55,616 nucleotides of DNA from a virus (taxonomy: Duplodnaviria; Caudoviricetes): IMG/VR virus record IMGVR_UViG_3300005663_000053, positions 1 to 55,616 of that record. One strand, 5' to 3'. A model generated the notes under the pieces. That model did no database searches, was not told the DNA's origin, and was given only the letters and a program-made list of their open reading frames with translations. The stretch's first letter is position 1, and each line of letters begins with the position of its first letter. A program made the position numbers and the translations under genes. Shown here piece after piece: positions 17,522 through 26,826 of this stretch.

Positions 17522-18079
17522 ATGAAAATGAAGCACCTCATTTCTGTTGCAGTTTTTGTTCTCATCCTAGTTGTCTCAGCCACGGCTGCTTGGGCGGACC
17601 ACCTAAAGATTGTCTACACGCGGCCTGATGGTGGAGTCACCGTTGTTGGCCCCGCGCCGGAGTTTGTCGCCACGTTTCCTACTGAGGTCGAGGCTCTCGC
17701 GGTCATACAGGCTGAGGACGTCCCAGTCGACGCCGCAGATGTGGAGGTCGTTGACAGATCCACCATCCCGACCGACCGCTGGTTTCGAGATGCCTGGACG
17801 CGTCCGGTGGGCGGCGGCTTGATCGGCGTCGATATGGCGAAGGCGCGGGTGATCCAAGCCGGTAAGATTCAAGGCGCTCGCCGAAGCCAGATCAACCGCC
17901 TGCTGATCGACGAGGACAGAGCGCGACTGGAGGGGCGGACTGTCGCCGCCAACCAACACGCCGCCGACCGCGCGTCTCTGGGGGGGATGGATCTCGCGGC
18001 CGTGGCGGCCAGCATCGCCGGCGCCGCCAACCCAACCGCTCTCAAAGCCATATGGCCGGCCGGGCTGCCGCCCCAGTAG
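17522..18079 (+). CDS. Fibre-associated (chaperone-like) protein with signal peptide
   Basis: KIVYT.PDGGV...DVP...IPTDRWFRDAW...VDMAKAR...LKAIWP; directly after the fibre gene. Confidence 0.65.
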   Translation: MKMKHLISVAVFVLILVVSATAAWADHLKIVYTRPDGGVTVVGPAPEFVATFPTEVEALAVIQAEDVPVDAADVEVVDRSTIPTDRWFRDAWTRPVGGGLIGVDMAKARVIQAGKIQGARRSQINRLLIDEDRARLEGRTVAANQHAADRASLGGMDLAAVAASIAGAANPTALKAIWPAGLPPQ

Positions 18080-18109
18080 GCCGATTCACCAGACTGACGG
18101 AGAATAACC

Positions 18110-18454
18110 ATGCCCAGCCGCTTCCAGCTTCCCTTCCACCCGATTGCCTCGACAGCGCCGAGCTTCGAGGCAACCTTCGATAACACCTCCACCAGCCTTG
18201 CGCTGCAATCGACGAGTCTGCGCGAGTGGGCTGGTCCGACAAACCGCTCCGTCCGCTTGGCGACCCGCACGGCCGATGACTATCTCGTCGCCTTCGGCAC
18301 CAGCGACATCACCCTCGGCGGCTCGTCCGATGCGATGCTTGTGCTGGGCGGGACCGTCGAGGTCTTCCACCCCATCCTTCCCAGCCACACCCATATCGCC
18401 ATGCAGTCGTCGACCGACGTCACAGCCAACGTGACGCTCGGCTACGGCGCGTAG
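18110..18454 (+). CDS. Small beta-rich, Ser/Thr-rich putative virion protein
   Basis: GGAG RBS; composition. Confidence 0.6.
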   Translation: MPSRFQLPFHPIASTAPSFEATFDNTSTSLALQSTSLREWAGPTNRSVRLATRTADDYLVAFGTSDITLGGSSDAMLVLGGTVEVFHPILPSHTHIAMQSSTDVTANVTLGYGA

Positions 18455-18468
18455 GGAGGAGACGCACC

Positions 18469-19050
18469 ATGCCTGCCCCAAGGCGTCCAGCAATGGAGGT
18501 TCCGGCTTCCGTGCTGATCGAGATCGCCAAAGAGCCCAAGCGCTATGAGGAGATAATCGCCGAGATCACCGGCGCTCAAGAGAAGGCGCGCGAGGACGAG
18601 GCGAAGGCGCGCGCGGCCGAGGCCGCAGCACTAAAGGCTCAGGAAGAGTCGGCTGCCGCTCTCGCCAAACATGAAAGCGCGATGGATGAGGCAACGCTGA
18701 AGTCGAAAGAAGCCCAGACGCGCCACAGGGAGGAAATGACGAAGCTCGGGCAGGTTCGTGCGAAAGAGGGCGAGCGGCTGGAGAACAAGGAAAAGCGGTT
18801 GACGCAGGAGACCGCCGGCCAAGCCGAGTTCGCCGCTAAGCTCGCCGCCGATGAGAAACGGCTAGGCGAGGAGCGCGACGAAGTGCAAGCCACCACTGAT
18901 CGCCTCAAGAAGCAAGCCGCAGGACTGGACGACAGAACCGTCGAGATGAACGACCGCCAGACGGCCTTGAAAGCCCGCGAGAATGCGCTATCGGTTCGCG
19001 AGACCACCTTCCAGAACCGGCTCAGCCGGTTCAACGAAGGCCTCGACTAG
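18469..19050 (+). CDS. Coiled-coil hypothetical protein
   Basis: Glu/Ala/Lys heptads; GGAGG RBS. Confidence 0.75.
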   Translation: MPAPRRPAMEVPASVLIEIAKEPKRYEEIIAEITGAQEKAREDEAKARAAEAAALKAQEESAAALAKHESAMDEATLKSKEAQTRHREEMTKLGQVRAKEGERLENKEKRLTQETAGQAEFAAKLAADEKRLGEERDEVQATTDRLKKQAAGLDDRTVEMNDRQTALKARENALSVRETTFQNRLSRFNEGLD

Positions 19051-19078
19051 ATCTACCCGATGAGCCGAAATCAGCGCC

Positions 19079-19333
19079 ATGTCGTTCGCTGTATTTCTGG
19101 AGCGCCTTGTCGAACGCTCCGCCCAACTAGACAGAGCCCAGGCGGCGATAGAGGCGCTCGATGTCGGGCTCAAGTTCGAGGCCAGGACACTTGCCAAGAG
19201 GCGCGCCGATCTGGATATGCGCGAGGTCATCATCAAGATGCGTGAGGATTCCTTTTTCGCCCGTGAGGCCAAATTCGCTAACCGTCTCAGGCGGTTCAAC
19301 GAAGTCCTCGATGACTTCAACGATGCTGCATGA
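19079..19333 (+). CDS. Hypothetical protein, partial paralog of 18469..19050
   Basis: Shared C-terminal RE..F.NRL.RFNE.LD. Confidence 0.6.
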   Translation: MSFAVFLERLVERSAQLDRAQAAIEALDVGLKFEARTLAKRRADLDMREVIIKMREDSFFAREAKFANRLRRFNEVLDDFNDAA

Positions 19334-19572
19334 AGCCTTCATCGGCTGACATCGAACAGCGGGTGGCCCAAGCCCAAAAGGCAGCGGAGGCGCTTGATTT
19401 CGGTCACCAGGTTCGGGCCATGCTTCAACCACCCAAACCGATACGGTGGATAATGGATCGCCTTGATCGCCAGATCCCGATCTATCGGGACACACATCAC
19501 ATCGTGAAGGAAGAGGAACGCCAGCGGCGCCGGAAGCGGCGCGAAAAAGCGGGGCGCTACGTCTGGCCATGA
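19330..19572 (+). CDS. Hypothetical protein
   Basis: ATGA-coupled on both sides. Confidence 0.6.
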   Translation: MKPSSADIEQRVAQAQKAAEALDFGHQVRAMLQPPKPIRWIMDRLDRQIPIYRDTHHIVKEEERQRRRKRREKAGRYVWP

Positions 19573-20255
19573 CGCCTGTGATTCTCATGGCTGGTGGCCG
19601 AGGCTTGCGTCTCCATCCGCTCACCGAGAAACACCCCAAGTCCTTGTTGAAGGTCGGTGGCAAGCCGATCCTCGAGCAGATCATCGATGGGTTCGCGCGC
19701 CAAGGCTTCCGCCGCTTCTGGCTATGCGTCAACTACAAGGCGGACCTCATCAAGGATTACTTCGGCGACGGCGGGGTGCGAGGCCTCAAGATCAAGTACA
19801 TCCACGAGACGGAGCCATTGGGCACCGGCGGGGCGCTCAGGCTGCTTCCTGCCTTCGATGTGCCCTTCATTCTCTGCAACGCCGATGTGCTCGCCAAGAT
19901 CGAATACGGCGATCTCATGGAATACCACGCCCGGGCGAACGTCCAGGCGACGGTCTGCGCGGCTTTGTCCCAGCGCCAAGGCCCCTACGGCGTCCTCGAT
20001 GTCGAGCCAGCCCCAGGCTCCACCGCGATACGGTTGATCTCCCTGCGCGAAAAGCCGATCGAGGGCACGCTGGTCAACGCCGGCGTCTATGTGCTAGACC
20101 CGAAGGCGCTGGACCTAGCGCCCGAGGGACACTTCGACATGCCTGAGCTGATTGACCGGCTGGACCGGGTTGCGGCCTACCCGATCGAGGGATATTGGGT
20201 GGATGTCGGCAGCTTTATCGACTTGGCGATGGCGAACACAGAGTGGGCAGCGTGA
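19569..20255 (+). CDS. Sugar-1-phosphate nucleotidyltransferase (PtmE-like, no CBS domains)
   Basis: ILMAGGRGLRLHPLT...PKSLL.VGGKPILE, EPLGTGGAL, EKP, VNAGVY, YWVDVG. Confidence 0.9.
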   Translation: MTPVILMAGGRGLRLHPLTEKHPKSLLKVGGKPILEQIIDGFARQGFRRFWLCVNYKADLIKDYFGDGGVRGLKIKYIHETEPLGTGGALRLLPAFDVPFILCNADVLAKIEYGDLMEYHARANVQATVCAALSQRQGPYGVLDVEPAPGSTAIRLISLREKPIEGTLVNAGVYVLDPKALDLAPEGHFDMPELIDRLDRVAAYPIEGYWVDVGSFIDLAMANTEWAA

Positions 20256-20351
20256 TCATATGAATCGCTTAATCAGCACCTTGACGTTGCCTATCTTGAC
20301 CGCTAGCGTGTTATACGCGCTTTACAAAATGGCTGAAAGCGCAGGCACGTT

Positions 20352-20672
20352 ATGACCGTCTGGATTGTTCGCTTCATGCCTCTCGAAGGAACCGTGCCGA
20401 CCGATGGCCGGTTCCGCACCGAGGAAAGCGCCCGAAAGGTTTGGAATGAGGCTGGGGCGTGGGACACGGGCAAGGGCAAGTTCACCTTCAGGGACGATTT
20501 CGGCGCCGACATCAGGATTGATTTGAAGAAATGCCTTGAGGTTTTCACTGACACCGACAGTTCCGCAGCTTCCCAGTACGCGCTCAACGAGGCTAACCAC
20601 GAGGCGGCGCGCGCTCACAACCTTCCTCCACCCAGCAAGGGTAAGGTCCACCCGGGGTCGACGACGCATTGA
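20352..20672 (+). CDS. Hypothetical protein
   Basis: ORF within the cluster, overlapping the next start. Confidence 0.55.
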   Translation: MTVWIVRFMPLEGTVPTDGRFRTEESARKVWNEAGAWDTGKGKFTFRDDFGADIRIDLKKCLEVFTDTDSSAASQYALNEANHEAARAHNLPPPSKGKVHPGSTTH

Positions 20673-21295
20673 ATGTCCTCGGCTTGATCCCGGCGCGCGG
20701 CGGCTCGCGGCGCGTTAAGGGGAAGAATCTGCGCTTGCTCGGCGGCCACCCGCTGATCGGCTGGACCATCGAAGCGGCCAAGATGACGCATAGCCTCGAC
20801 CGTCTGGTCGTCTCGTCCGAAGACCCGAAGATCCTCCAGGTGGCGCACGAATGCGGCGCCGAGGCGCTGGTGCGGCCAGCGGAGATGGCGACCGACGAGG
20901 CTTCCTCCTATCCGCTGATGCTCCACGCGCTCGACAGCCTCGATGAGCCGTTCGACTATCTGTGCTTGCTTCAGCCGACCTCGCCGTTCCGCCGGCCGAT
21001 CGACATCGACAACTGCATCGGTGCGGCGCGGCAAATGGACTTGGCGGCGGTGATTTCAGTCAGGGAGAAGGAAACCGCAGGCAATGGGGCGATCTATGTG
21101 GGCCGCACGGATTGGCTCCGCGATCGCCTGGCCGCCGGCGATGCCGCACCTTTCGATGGGCCGGCGCCGGAGTTCTATCCCATGGCGCGGGATTGCTCGC
21201 TCGACATCGATACCGAGGAGGATTTCGTCCGGGCCGAGGCGATGGCATCCTTCTTGATGTGGGATGACGCGCTGGGAGAGGACATGAGGAAATGA
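20669..21295 (+). CDS. neuA: CMP-nonulosonate synthetase (acylneuraminate cytidylyltransferase, NeuA/LegF)
   Basis: IPARGGSRRVKGKN, RPAEMATD, LLQPTSPFR, NGAIY, SLDIDTEEDF. Confidence 0.93.
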   Translation: MNVLGLIPARGGSRRVKGKNLRLLGGHPLIGWTIEAAKMTHSLDRLVVSSEDPKILQVAHECGAEALVRPAEMATDEASSYPLMLHALDSLDEPFDYLCLLQPTSPFRRPIDIDNCIGAARQMDLAAVISVREKETAGNGAIYVGRTDWLRDRLAAGDAAPFDGPAPEFYPMARDCSLDIDTEEDFVRAEAMASFLMWDDALGEDMRK

Positions 21296-22260
21296 ATCCC
21301 TTCCAGCCGCTCTACGACGCCTGCAACCAGGGCGACTCGGCGACCAAGTATGCGAACCTGCCGGAGTTTCCCACCCACATAGACGTCGAGCTCACCAGCG
21401 CGTGCAACTTCCGCTGCGTATTCTGTCCAACTGGACTCCACGGGCTCAATCGGGCAGCGGTCAACATGACGTCCGAGACATACGCCAATATCATCGCGCA
21501 GTGCTCCCCGCGCGGCACGCCGTTGCGCTTCATCGGGTGGGGAGAGCCATTGCTGCATCCCAAGGTGGTGGCTTTTGTCCAGATCGCTACCACGGAAGAA
21601 ATCGACACGCATATCAACACCAACGGGTCGAAGCTGAATGCGAGGATGGCCGCTGGACTGGTCCGGGCCGGACTCAAGTCGCTCAAATTCTCATTCCAAG
21701 GCGTTGATCGCGACTCCTTTGCCGAGGCGCGGCAGATCGACTTCTTCGAGGGCATGATCGAAGCCATTAAGACGCTGCGTGCAGCGCGGGGCGATCGGGA
21801 TGACCCCTACATCGCGGCATCGACATCGATCACTGGCGAAAGCCCGGAAATGGTGGAGGTGTTCCGGCGGCGCCTGGAACCGCTGGTAGACCAGCTTTCG
21901 GTGGGACGGACGATCTTTGACTTCCTCGATTCCCGAGCGGTGCGCGCGGCGACGCCGAAGCAGCGCGAGGCATTGGAGAAATTGAAGGCGGCTGATTCAG
22001 CTCCGAAGGTTCACCCCGCGCCCTGCCCGGAAGTTTATGACAAACTGTCCATCCATGCGGACGGCAGCGTGCGCATCTGCTGCAACGATTTCTCAGGCGT
22101 GACCAATTTAGGGAACGTCAACGAACACCGCATCGATGATATTTGGCGGCATGGCGTGATTGAACAGTATCGCAAACGGCTTGCGGCGAAGAAATATGAG
22201 GGCCCGCTTTGCTCCGTATGCTATGATTATCAAGGACTATCGCAGGGCGCGAAACAATGA
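21292..22260 (+). CDS. Radical SAM protein with SPASM/twitch domain
   Basis: CNFRCVFC, GEPLLHP, TNG; C-terminal C...CC...CSVC. Confidence 0.92.
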   Translation: MNPFQPLYDACNQGDSATKYANLPEFPTHIDVELTSACNFRCVFCPTGLHGLNRAAVNMTSETYANIIAQCSPRGTPLRFIGWGEPLLHPKVVAFVQIATTEEIDTHINTNGSKLNARMAAGLVRAGLKSLKFSFQGVDRDSFAEARQIDFFEGMIEAIKTLRAARGDRDDPYIAASTSITGESPEMVEVFRRRLEPLVDQLSVGRTIFDFLDSRAVRAATPKQREALEKLKAADSAPKVHPAPCPEVYDKLSIHADGSVRICCNDFSGVTNLGNVNEHRIDDIWRHGVIEQYRKRLAAKKYEGPLCSVCYDYQGLSQGAKQ

Positions 22261-22703
22261 CGTTCGCAGTCACTCAAACACCGGAGCAACGCTTCTTCGC
22301 GAAAATCCAGCCTGAGCCAAATTCCGGTTGCTGGCTTTGGGACGCAACGATTGCTCGCGGCGGTTATGGGCATTTCTGGGTCGAGGGACGGTTGGTCTAT
22401 GCTCATCGATTCTCCTATGAATTGGTGCATGGGCCGATTCCTCCAGGCGCAGCCTTGGATCATCTCTGTTCGGTGCCCTCATGCGTAAATCCAGATCATT
22501 TGGAAGCGGTGACGCCACAGGAAAACGCCCAGCGGACGGTGGACCGGGGCCGCTGGCATAATCGACACGCCGCCAAGACACATTGCCCTTATGGGCATCC
22601 TTACTCGGGCGATAATCTCTATTTCGAGAGCGGCTATCGCCGTTGCCGTGCATGTTCCCGCCGAAAAGCGGCAGACCAAAGGCGCAAGCGCAGGGCGGCA
22701 TGA
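22257..22703 (+). CDS. HNH homing-type endonuclease
   Basis: CWLW...AHRFSYE...LDHLCSVPSCVNPDHLEAVT..EN; HCPYGH...CRAC. Confidence 0.9.
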   Translation: MTFAVTQTPEQRFFAKIQPEPNSGCWLWDATIARGGYGHFWVEGRLVYAHRFSYELVHGPIPPGAALDHLCSVPSCVNPDHLEAVTPQENAQRTVDRGRWHNRHAAKTHCPYGHPYSGDNLYFESGYRRCRACSRRKAADQRRKRRAA

Positions 22704-24046
22704 CTTTCCCGCCGCTGTGGTCCGCCGAGGTCGAGGCCCGGGTCCGCGCCGAGGCGCGCAATCTCGATAGCCAGGAAAGGCCCCAAGAAGTCCGTTTCTG
22801 TACGCGCTGCGTCGTCTCCAACCAGCGCCCGCGGATACGCTTCGACGACTACGGGGTTTGCTCTGCCTGCCAATACGCGGAGCGGAAGAAGTATGGCCGG
22901 AAGCACACCGATGGAAAACGGTGGGGGATCGACTGGGCGGCACGCGAGGCCGAACTCAAGGCGCTCCTCGACAAGCACCGACGGTCATCCGGATACGATG
23001 TGATCGTGCCCTGCTCGGGCGGCAAGGACTCGAGCATGATCGCGTACCGCTTGAAGCACGAATACGGGATGCACCCGCTGTGCGTTCGCTTCGCGCCGTT
23101 CATGGAAACGGAGATCGGGCGCAAGAATTGGGAGAGCCTTGGCGAGGAGTTTGATCGCCTGGACTTCGGCCCCGCAGGAAACCTGCACCGCAAGCTCGCC
23201 CGTCTCGCCTTCGAGTTCTACGGCGACCCGTTCCAGCCGTTCGTCTACGGCCAGCTCGCCTGGCCGATGTGGGCAGCCGTCGACCGCGACGTCGGCCTAG
23301 TGATGTACGGCGAGAATGGCGAGGCCGAGTATGGTGGTGACCCGGCAGCGAACGACAAGCCATGCTGGGATACCAAGGACTGGGATCGCGTCTACAGCAA
23401 GGGCGCGGGAATCGAGGCGCTATTAGCCGAAGGGGTACATATCGGCGCCATCATGGAAGAGGAGTCGCGCGCGGCCAGCGAGTTCTATCGGATGCCATCG
23501 TTGGACCCGGACGTTGAAGTTGTTCTGCGGCCAGGGACCGTCGCATACACTGACGTAGCCGCTCAATTCCACTGGTTCGGCTACTACCGCCGCTGGCACC
23601 CGCAGGAGAATTACTACTACGCCTCTGAGCACACCGGCTTTGAGGCGAACGAGGAGAGATCGGAGGGCACCTACTCCAAGTACGCCTCGCTCGACGACAA
23701 GCTCGACGGGTTCCATTACTTCATGGCGTTTGTGAAATTCGGGATCGGGCGGGCAACCTCCGACGCCGCCCATGAGGTAAGGGACGGCGACATCACGCGC
23801 GAGGAAGCGATCGCGCTGGTGAAGCGCTACGACGGTGAGTTCCCGGGGCGTCACTTGGACGAGTGCCTAGACTACTTGGGGATGGACCGACAGCAGCTTG
23901 AGCACGTCATTGACCGCTTTCGCGCCCCGCATGTTTGGGATTGTACCGGTATAGTGTCTGGCGCTGATGGCACTACAATTTTTCCTGTGAGCCGCATCTG
24001 GCAGCTCAAGCACGCCGTCTACGACAAGGAGACAGTGGCGGCGTGA
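22700..24046 (+). CDS. N-acetyl sugar amidotransferase (WbuX/WbpG/PtmG family)
   Basis: FCTRCVVSNQRPRI, PP-loop SGGKDSS, YGENGEAEYGG, KFGIGRATSDA. Confidence 0.92.
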   Translation: MTFPPLWSAEVEARVRAEARNLDSQERPQEVRFCTRCVVSNQRPRIRFDDYGVCSACQYAERKKYGRKHTDGKRWGIDWAAREAELKALLDKHRRSSGYDVIVPCSGGKDSSMIAYRLKHEYGMHPLCVRFAPFMETEIGRKNWESLGEEFDRLDFGPAGNLHRKLARLAFEFYGDPFQPFVYGQLAWPMWAAVDRDVGLVMYGENGEAEYGGDPAANDKPCWDTKDWDRVYSKGAGIEALLAEGVHIGAIMEEESRAASEFYRMPSLDPDVEVVLRPGTVAYTDVAAQFHWFGYYRRWHPQENYYYASEHTGFEANEERSEGTYSKYASLDDKLDGFHYFMAFVKFGIGRATSDAAHEVRDGDITREEAIALVKRYDGEFPGRHLDECLDYLGMDRQQLEHVIDRFRAPHVWDCTGIVSGADGTTIFPVSRIWQLKHAVYDKETVAA

Positions 24047-24176
24047 CTGGCAAGATCATACCCAATGAGGTTAGGACGATCGAGGATCTGGTGCGCTGGA
24101 TCATTGATATGGAGCGCGACGTTGTCGCGTTCCAAGAGGCCTACCTCGGGCGCAAGCGGGAACTGCCTTCCAAGAA

Positions 24177-24938
24177 ATGCCCCTCGCCTTCCGGCTGATA
24201 GCGCGCCTCGACATCAAGGCTCCGAACCTGATCAAGACCGTGCGCCTCGAGGGCGTGCGGGTGGTCGGCGATCCGCAGGAATACGCCAAGCGCTATGACC
24301 AAGAAGGCATCGACGAGATCCTCTACATCGATGTCGTCGCCAGCCTCTACCAACGCAACAGTCTCGCCTCGCTTGTCGAGTGGACCAGCGAGCATGCCTT
24401 CGTTCCTGTTACTGTTGGCGGCGGCGTTCGATCGACCATTGATGCTCGCGCCCTTCTTAGGGCAGGGGCGGACAAGCTGGCACTCAATACAGCGGCGGTC
24501 GAGCGGCCCGGACTGATCACGGAAATCGCCGAGAAATTCGGCTCCTCAACGATAGCGGTGCAGATCGATGCGAAACGCAAAGCGTCATCGTGGGAAGCGT
24601 ACTCGGACGGCGGCCGGCAGCCGACCGGAAAAGACGTTGTCGTTTGGGCGCAGGATGCGGTTGAACAAGGCGCTGGCGAGGTTCTACTCACCTCTATCGA
24701 TCATGAAGGAACCGGACAAGGCTTCGATCTCGAGCTGATCCGCGCCGTCGCCGGGGCTGTGCCTGTTCCGGTCGTCGCCTCGGGCGGATTCGGTGAGTCC
24801 AGCCATGCCGTTTCCGCCGCCCTGGCGGGCGCATCAGGCGTCGCCATTGCCGGAGCACTCCACTATCGCCGGGTGCCTTTGAGCGCAATGAGGGAGGCAC
24901 TCAGCGCCGCAGACGTACCCGTGAGGAGAGCGGCATGA
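24177..24938 (+). CDS. hisF: HisF-like cyclase subunit (WbuZ-like, glycan amidation associated)
   Basis: RLIARLDIK, GDP, DVVASLY, PVTVGGGVRS, GADK, GAGEVLLTSIDHEGTGQGFD, SGG. Confidence 0.9.
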   Translation: MPLAFRLIARLDIKAPNLIKTVRLEGVRVVGDPQEYAKRYDQEGIDEILYIDVVASLYQRNSLASLVEWTSEHAFVPVTVGGGVRSTIDARALLRAGADKLALNTAAVERPGLITEIAEKFGSSTIAVQIDAKRKASSWEAYSDGGRQPTGKDVVVWAQDAVEQGAGEVLLTSIDHEGTGQGFDLELIRAVAGAVPVPVVASGGFGESSHAVSAALAGASGVAIAGALHYRRVPLSAMREALSAADVPVRRAA

Positions 24939-25900
24939 CAAAAGCCTTCGTTACCGGCGCCGATGGCTTCATAGGCTCCCATCTCTGCGAGGCGCTGCGC
25001 GATCAAGGCGACGAGGTGACCGGCCTCGCCCTCTACAACAGCTTCGATTCCTTCGGCTGGCTCAATGAGGTGGAAGGAGTCGAGAAGGTCCGCGGCGATG
25101 TGCGCGATGCCGACCAGATGCGATATCTGATCGGCAACAGGTCGACCGACATCGTGTTCCATCTCGCAGCGCTGGTCTCGGTGCCATACAGTTTCGAGGC
25201 ACCGCAGAGCTTCATCGACACGAACGTCACGGGGACACTAAACGTGCTTCTGGCGGCGGGGCACATCGGCGCAAAAGTCATCCACACCTCGACCTCGGAG
25301 GTTTACGGCTCGGTCCCCGACAAGGCGATAAACGAGGACATGCCGCTCGCTCCGCAGTCTCCTTACGCGGCCTCCAAGGTGGCGGCGGATGCCCTTGTGC
25401 GCTCGTTCTACCGGAGCTACGGGCTGCCGGCGGTAATCCTGCGGCCGTTCAACACCTATGGCCCGCGGCAGTCGGAAAGAGCCGTGGTGGCGACCATCAT
25501 CCGCCAAGCACTCGACCCGGAATGCCGACGGATCGAACTCGGCAATCTCCATGCTACCCGCGACCTCACCTACGTTGACGATATGGTGAGGGCGTTCCTT
25601 GCCGTGGCCGGGATCAACGCGTATGGCGTCTACAACGCTGGCGGCGGCGTGATTATTAACGTCCGCGATCTCGGCGAGCTGATAAAGGCATTGACCGGGT
25701 GCGACAAGTCAATCCTCTCTGGGATGGCTGACCGCATACGGCCTGAGGCGAGCGAGGTGGTGGCCCTCAAGGCAGACGCGACACGATTGACCAAGCGCAC
25801 TGGCTGGAGGCCGAAAGTGCCGCCCGGCGAAGGGATGAAGCGCACCATCGACTGGTGGCGCTCTCGCCCGTTCCGCAAGGACCAGGTCTATCTGACGTGA
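24935..25900 (+). CDS. legB: NDP-GlcNAc 4,6-dehydratase, LegB-like
   Basis: VTGADGFIGSHL, YNSFDSFGWL, PYS, HTSTSEVYG, PQSPYAASK, RPFNTYGPRQSERAV. Confidence 0.9.
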   Translation: MTKAFVTGADGFIGSHLCEALRDQGDEVTGLALYNSFDSFGWLNEVEGVEKVRGDVRDADQMRYLIGNRSTDIVFHLAALVSVPYSFEAPQSFIDTNVTGTLNVLLAAGHIGAKVIHTSTSEVYGSVPDKAINEDMPLAPQSPYAASKVAADALVRSFYRSYGLPAVILRPFNTYGPRQSERAVVATIIRQALDPECRRIELGNLHATRDLTYVDDMVRAFLAVAGINAYGVYNAGGGVIINVRDLGELIKALTGCDKSILSGMADRIRPEASEVVALKADATRLTKRTGWRPKVPPGEGMKRTIDWWRSRPFRKDQVYLT

Positions 25901-26826
25901 TCCCGCTCGCCGAGCCCAACTTGGCCGGCAACGAATCCAGATACGTCCGCCAGGCTATTGCCTCGGGCTGGATCTCCGGCGGCGGCCCGTTCGTCGAGCG
26001 CTTCGAGGAGATGGTGGCGAAGGCCTGCGGCCGGCGATGGTGCGTCGCCACCCTGACCGGAACTGACGCGATCCATCTCGCGCAAACCGCATGCGGTTTG
26101 CGGCGGGATATGCGCGTCGATATGCCCTCGATGGCCTACATCGGGGCGGCGAACGCCGTGAAGGCCGCGGGCGGCACAATCCACTTTCGCGACATCACCG
26201 ATGGCTGGACCTATGATCGGACGGTGCTGGGCGGGGTGGTCGATGCAGCCCCCGCCGTCGGGATCAGGCAAGAGGGCTTGGTTATCTGCCTCTCGTTCAA
26301 CGGCAACAAGACGATCACCACGGGCCAGGGCGGCGCCGTCCTCGGCAACGAGCTGGAGTTTGGCAGTCTTGTGCGCCATCTGGGGACAATGGCCAAGACG
26401 GGGCCATACGAGTACGACGCCGCTGGCTTCAACTACCCCATGACGAACCTCACTGCAGCCATGGGGTGCGCGCAGATGGAGCGGCTCAAGCCAGCCCTCT
26501 CTCGGAAGCGGGATATCTGGCGGCGCTACCGCGAGGCACTGCGACCAGCCTTTCCCGGCGTCCGATCACAGTCGTGCTGGATGGCGACCCTGCGGACGGA
26601 GAAGCGCGGCGCGATGCTCGCGCATCTTCGCAAGTTGGGTATCGACGCGCGGCCTTTCTGGACGCCGCTGCATATGCTGGCACCATATCGGAACTGCCAC
26701 CGCGATCCTCTGCCCATCACCGAGGCGATCTGGGACAAACTGGTCTGCCTGCCATGTTCGACCGGACTCACGGAAGGGGATCAGGACAAGGTGATAGCTG
26801 CATGCGCCGCATTCTTGTCGTCGTAA
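25897..26826 (+). CDS. legC: PLP-dependent sugar aminotransferase, LegC-like (DegT/DnrJ family)
   Basis: SFNGNKTITTGQGGA (PLP Lys), GFNYPMTNLTAAMGCAQME, RPFWTPLH, LPCS. Confidence 0.88.
   Translation: MIPLAEPNLAGNESRYVRQAIASGWISGGGPFVERFEEMVAKACGRRWCVATLTGTDAIHLAQTACGLRRDMRVDMPSMAYIGAANAVKAAGGTIHFRDITDGWTYDRTVLGGVVDAAPAVGIRQEGLVICLSFNGNKTITTGQGGAVLGNELEFGSLVRHLGTMAKTGPYEYDAAGFNYPMTNLTAAMGCAQMERLKPALSRKRDIWRRYREALRPAFPGVRSQSCWMATLRTEKRGAMLAHLRKLGIDARPFWTPLHMLAPYRNCHRDPLPITEAIWDKLVCLPCSTGLTEGDQDKVIAACAAFLSS

Noticed and set aside
24177-24938. Histidine biosynthesis auxiliary gene
   Set aside because: No other his genes; adjacency to a WbuX-type amidotransferase indicates the glycan-amidation paralog
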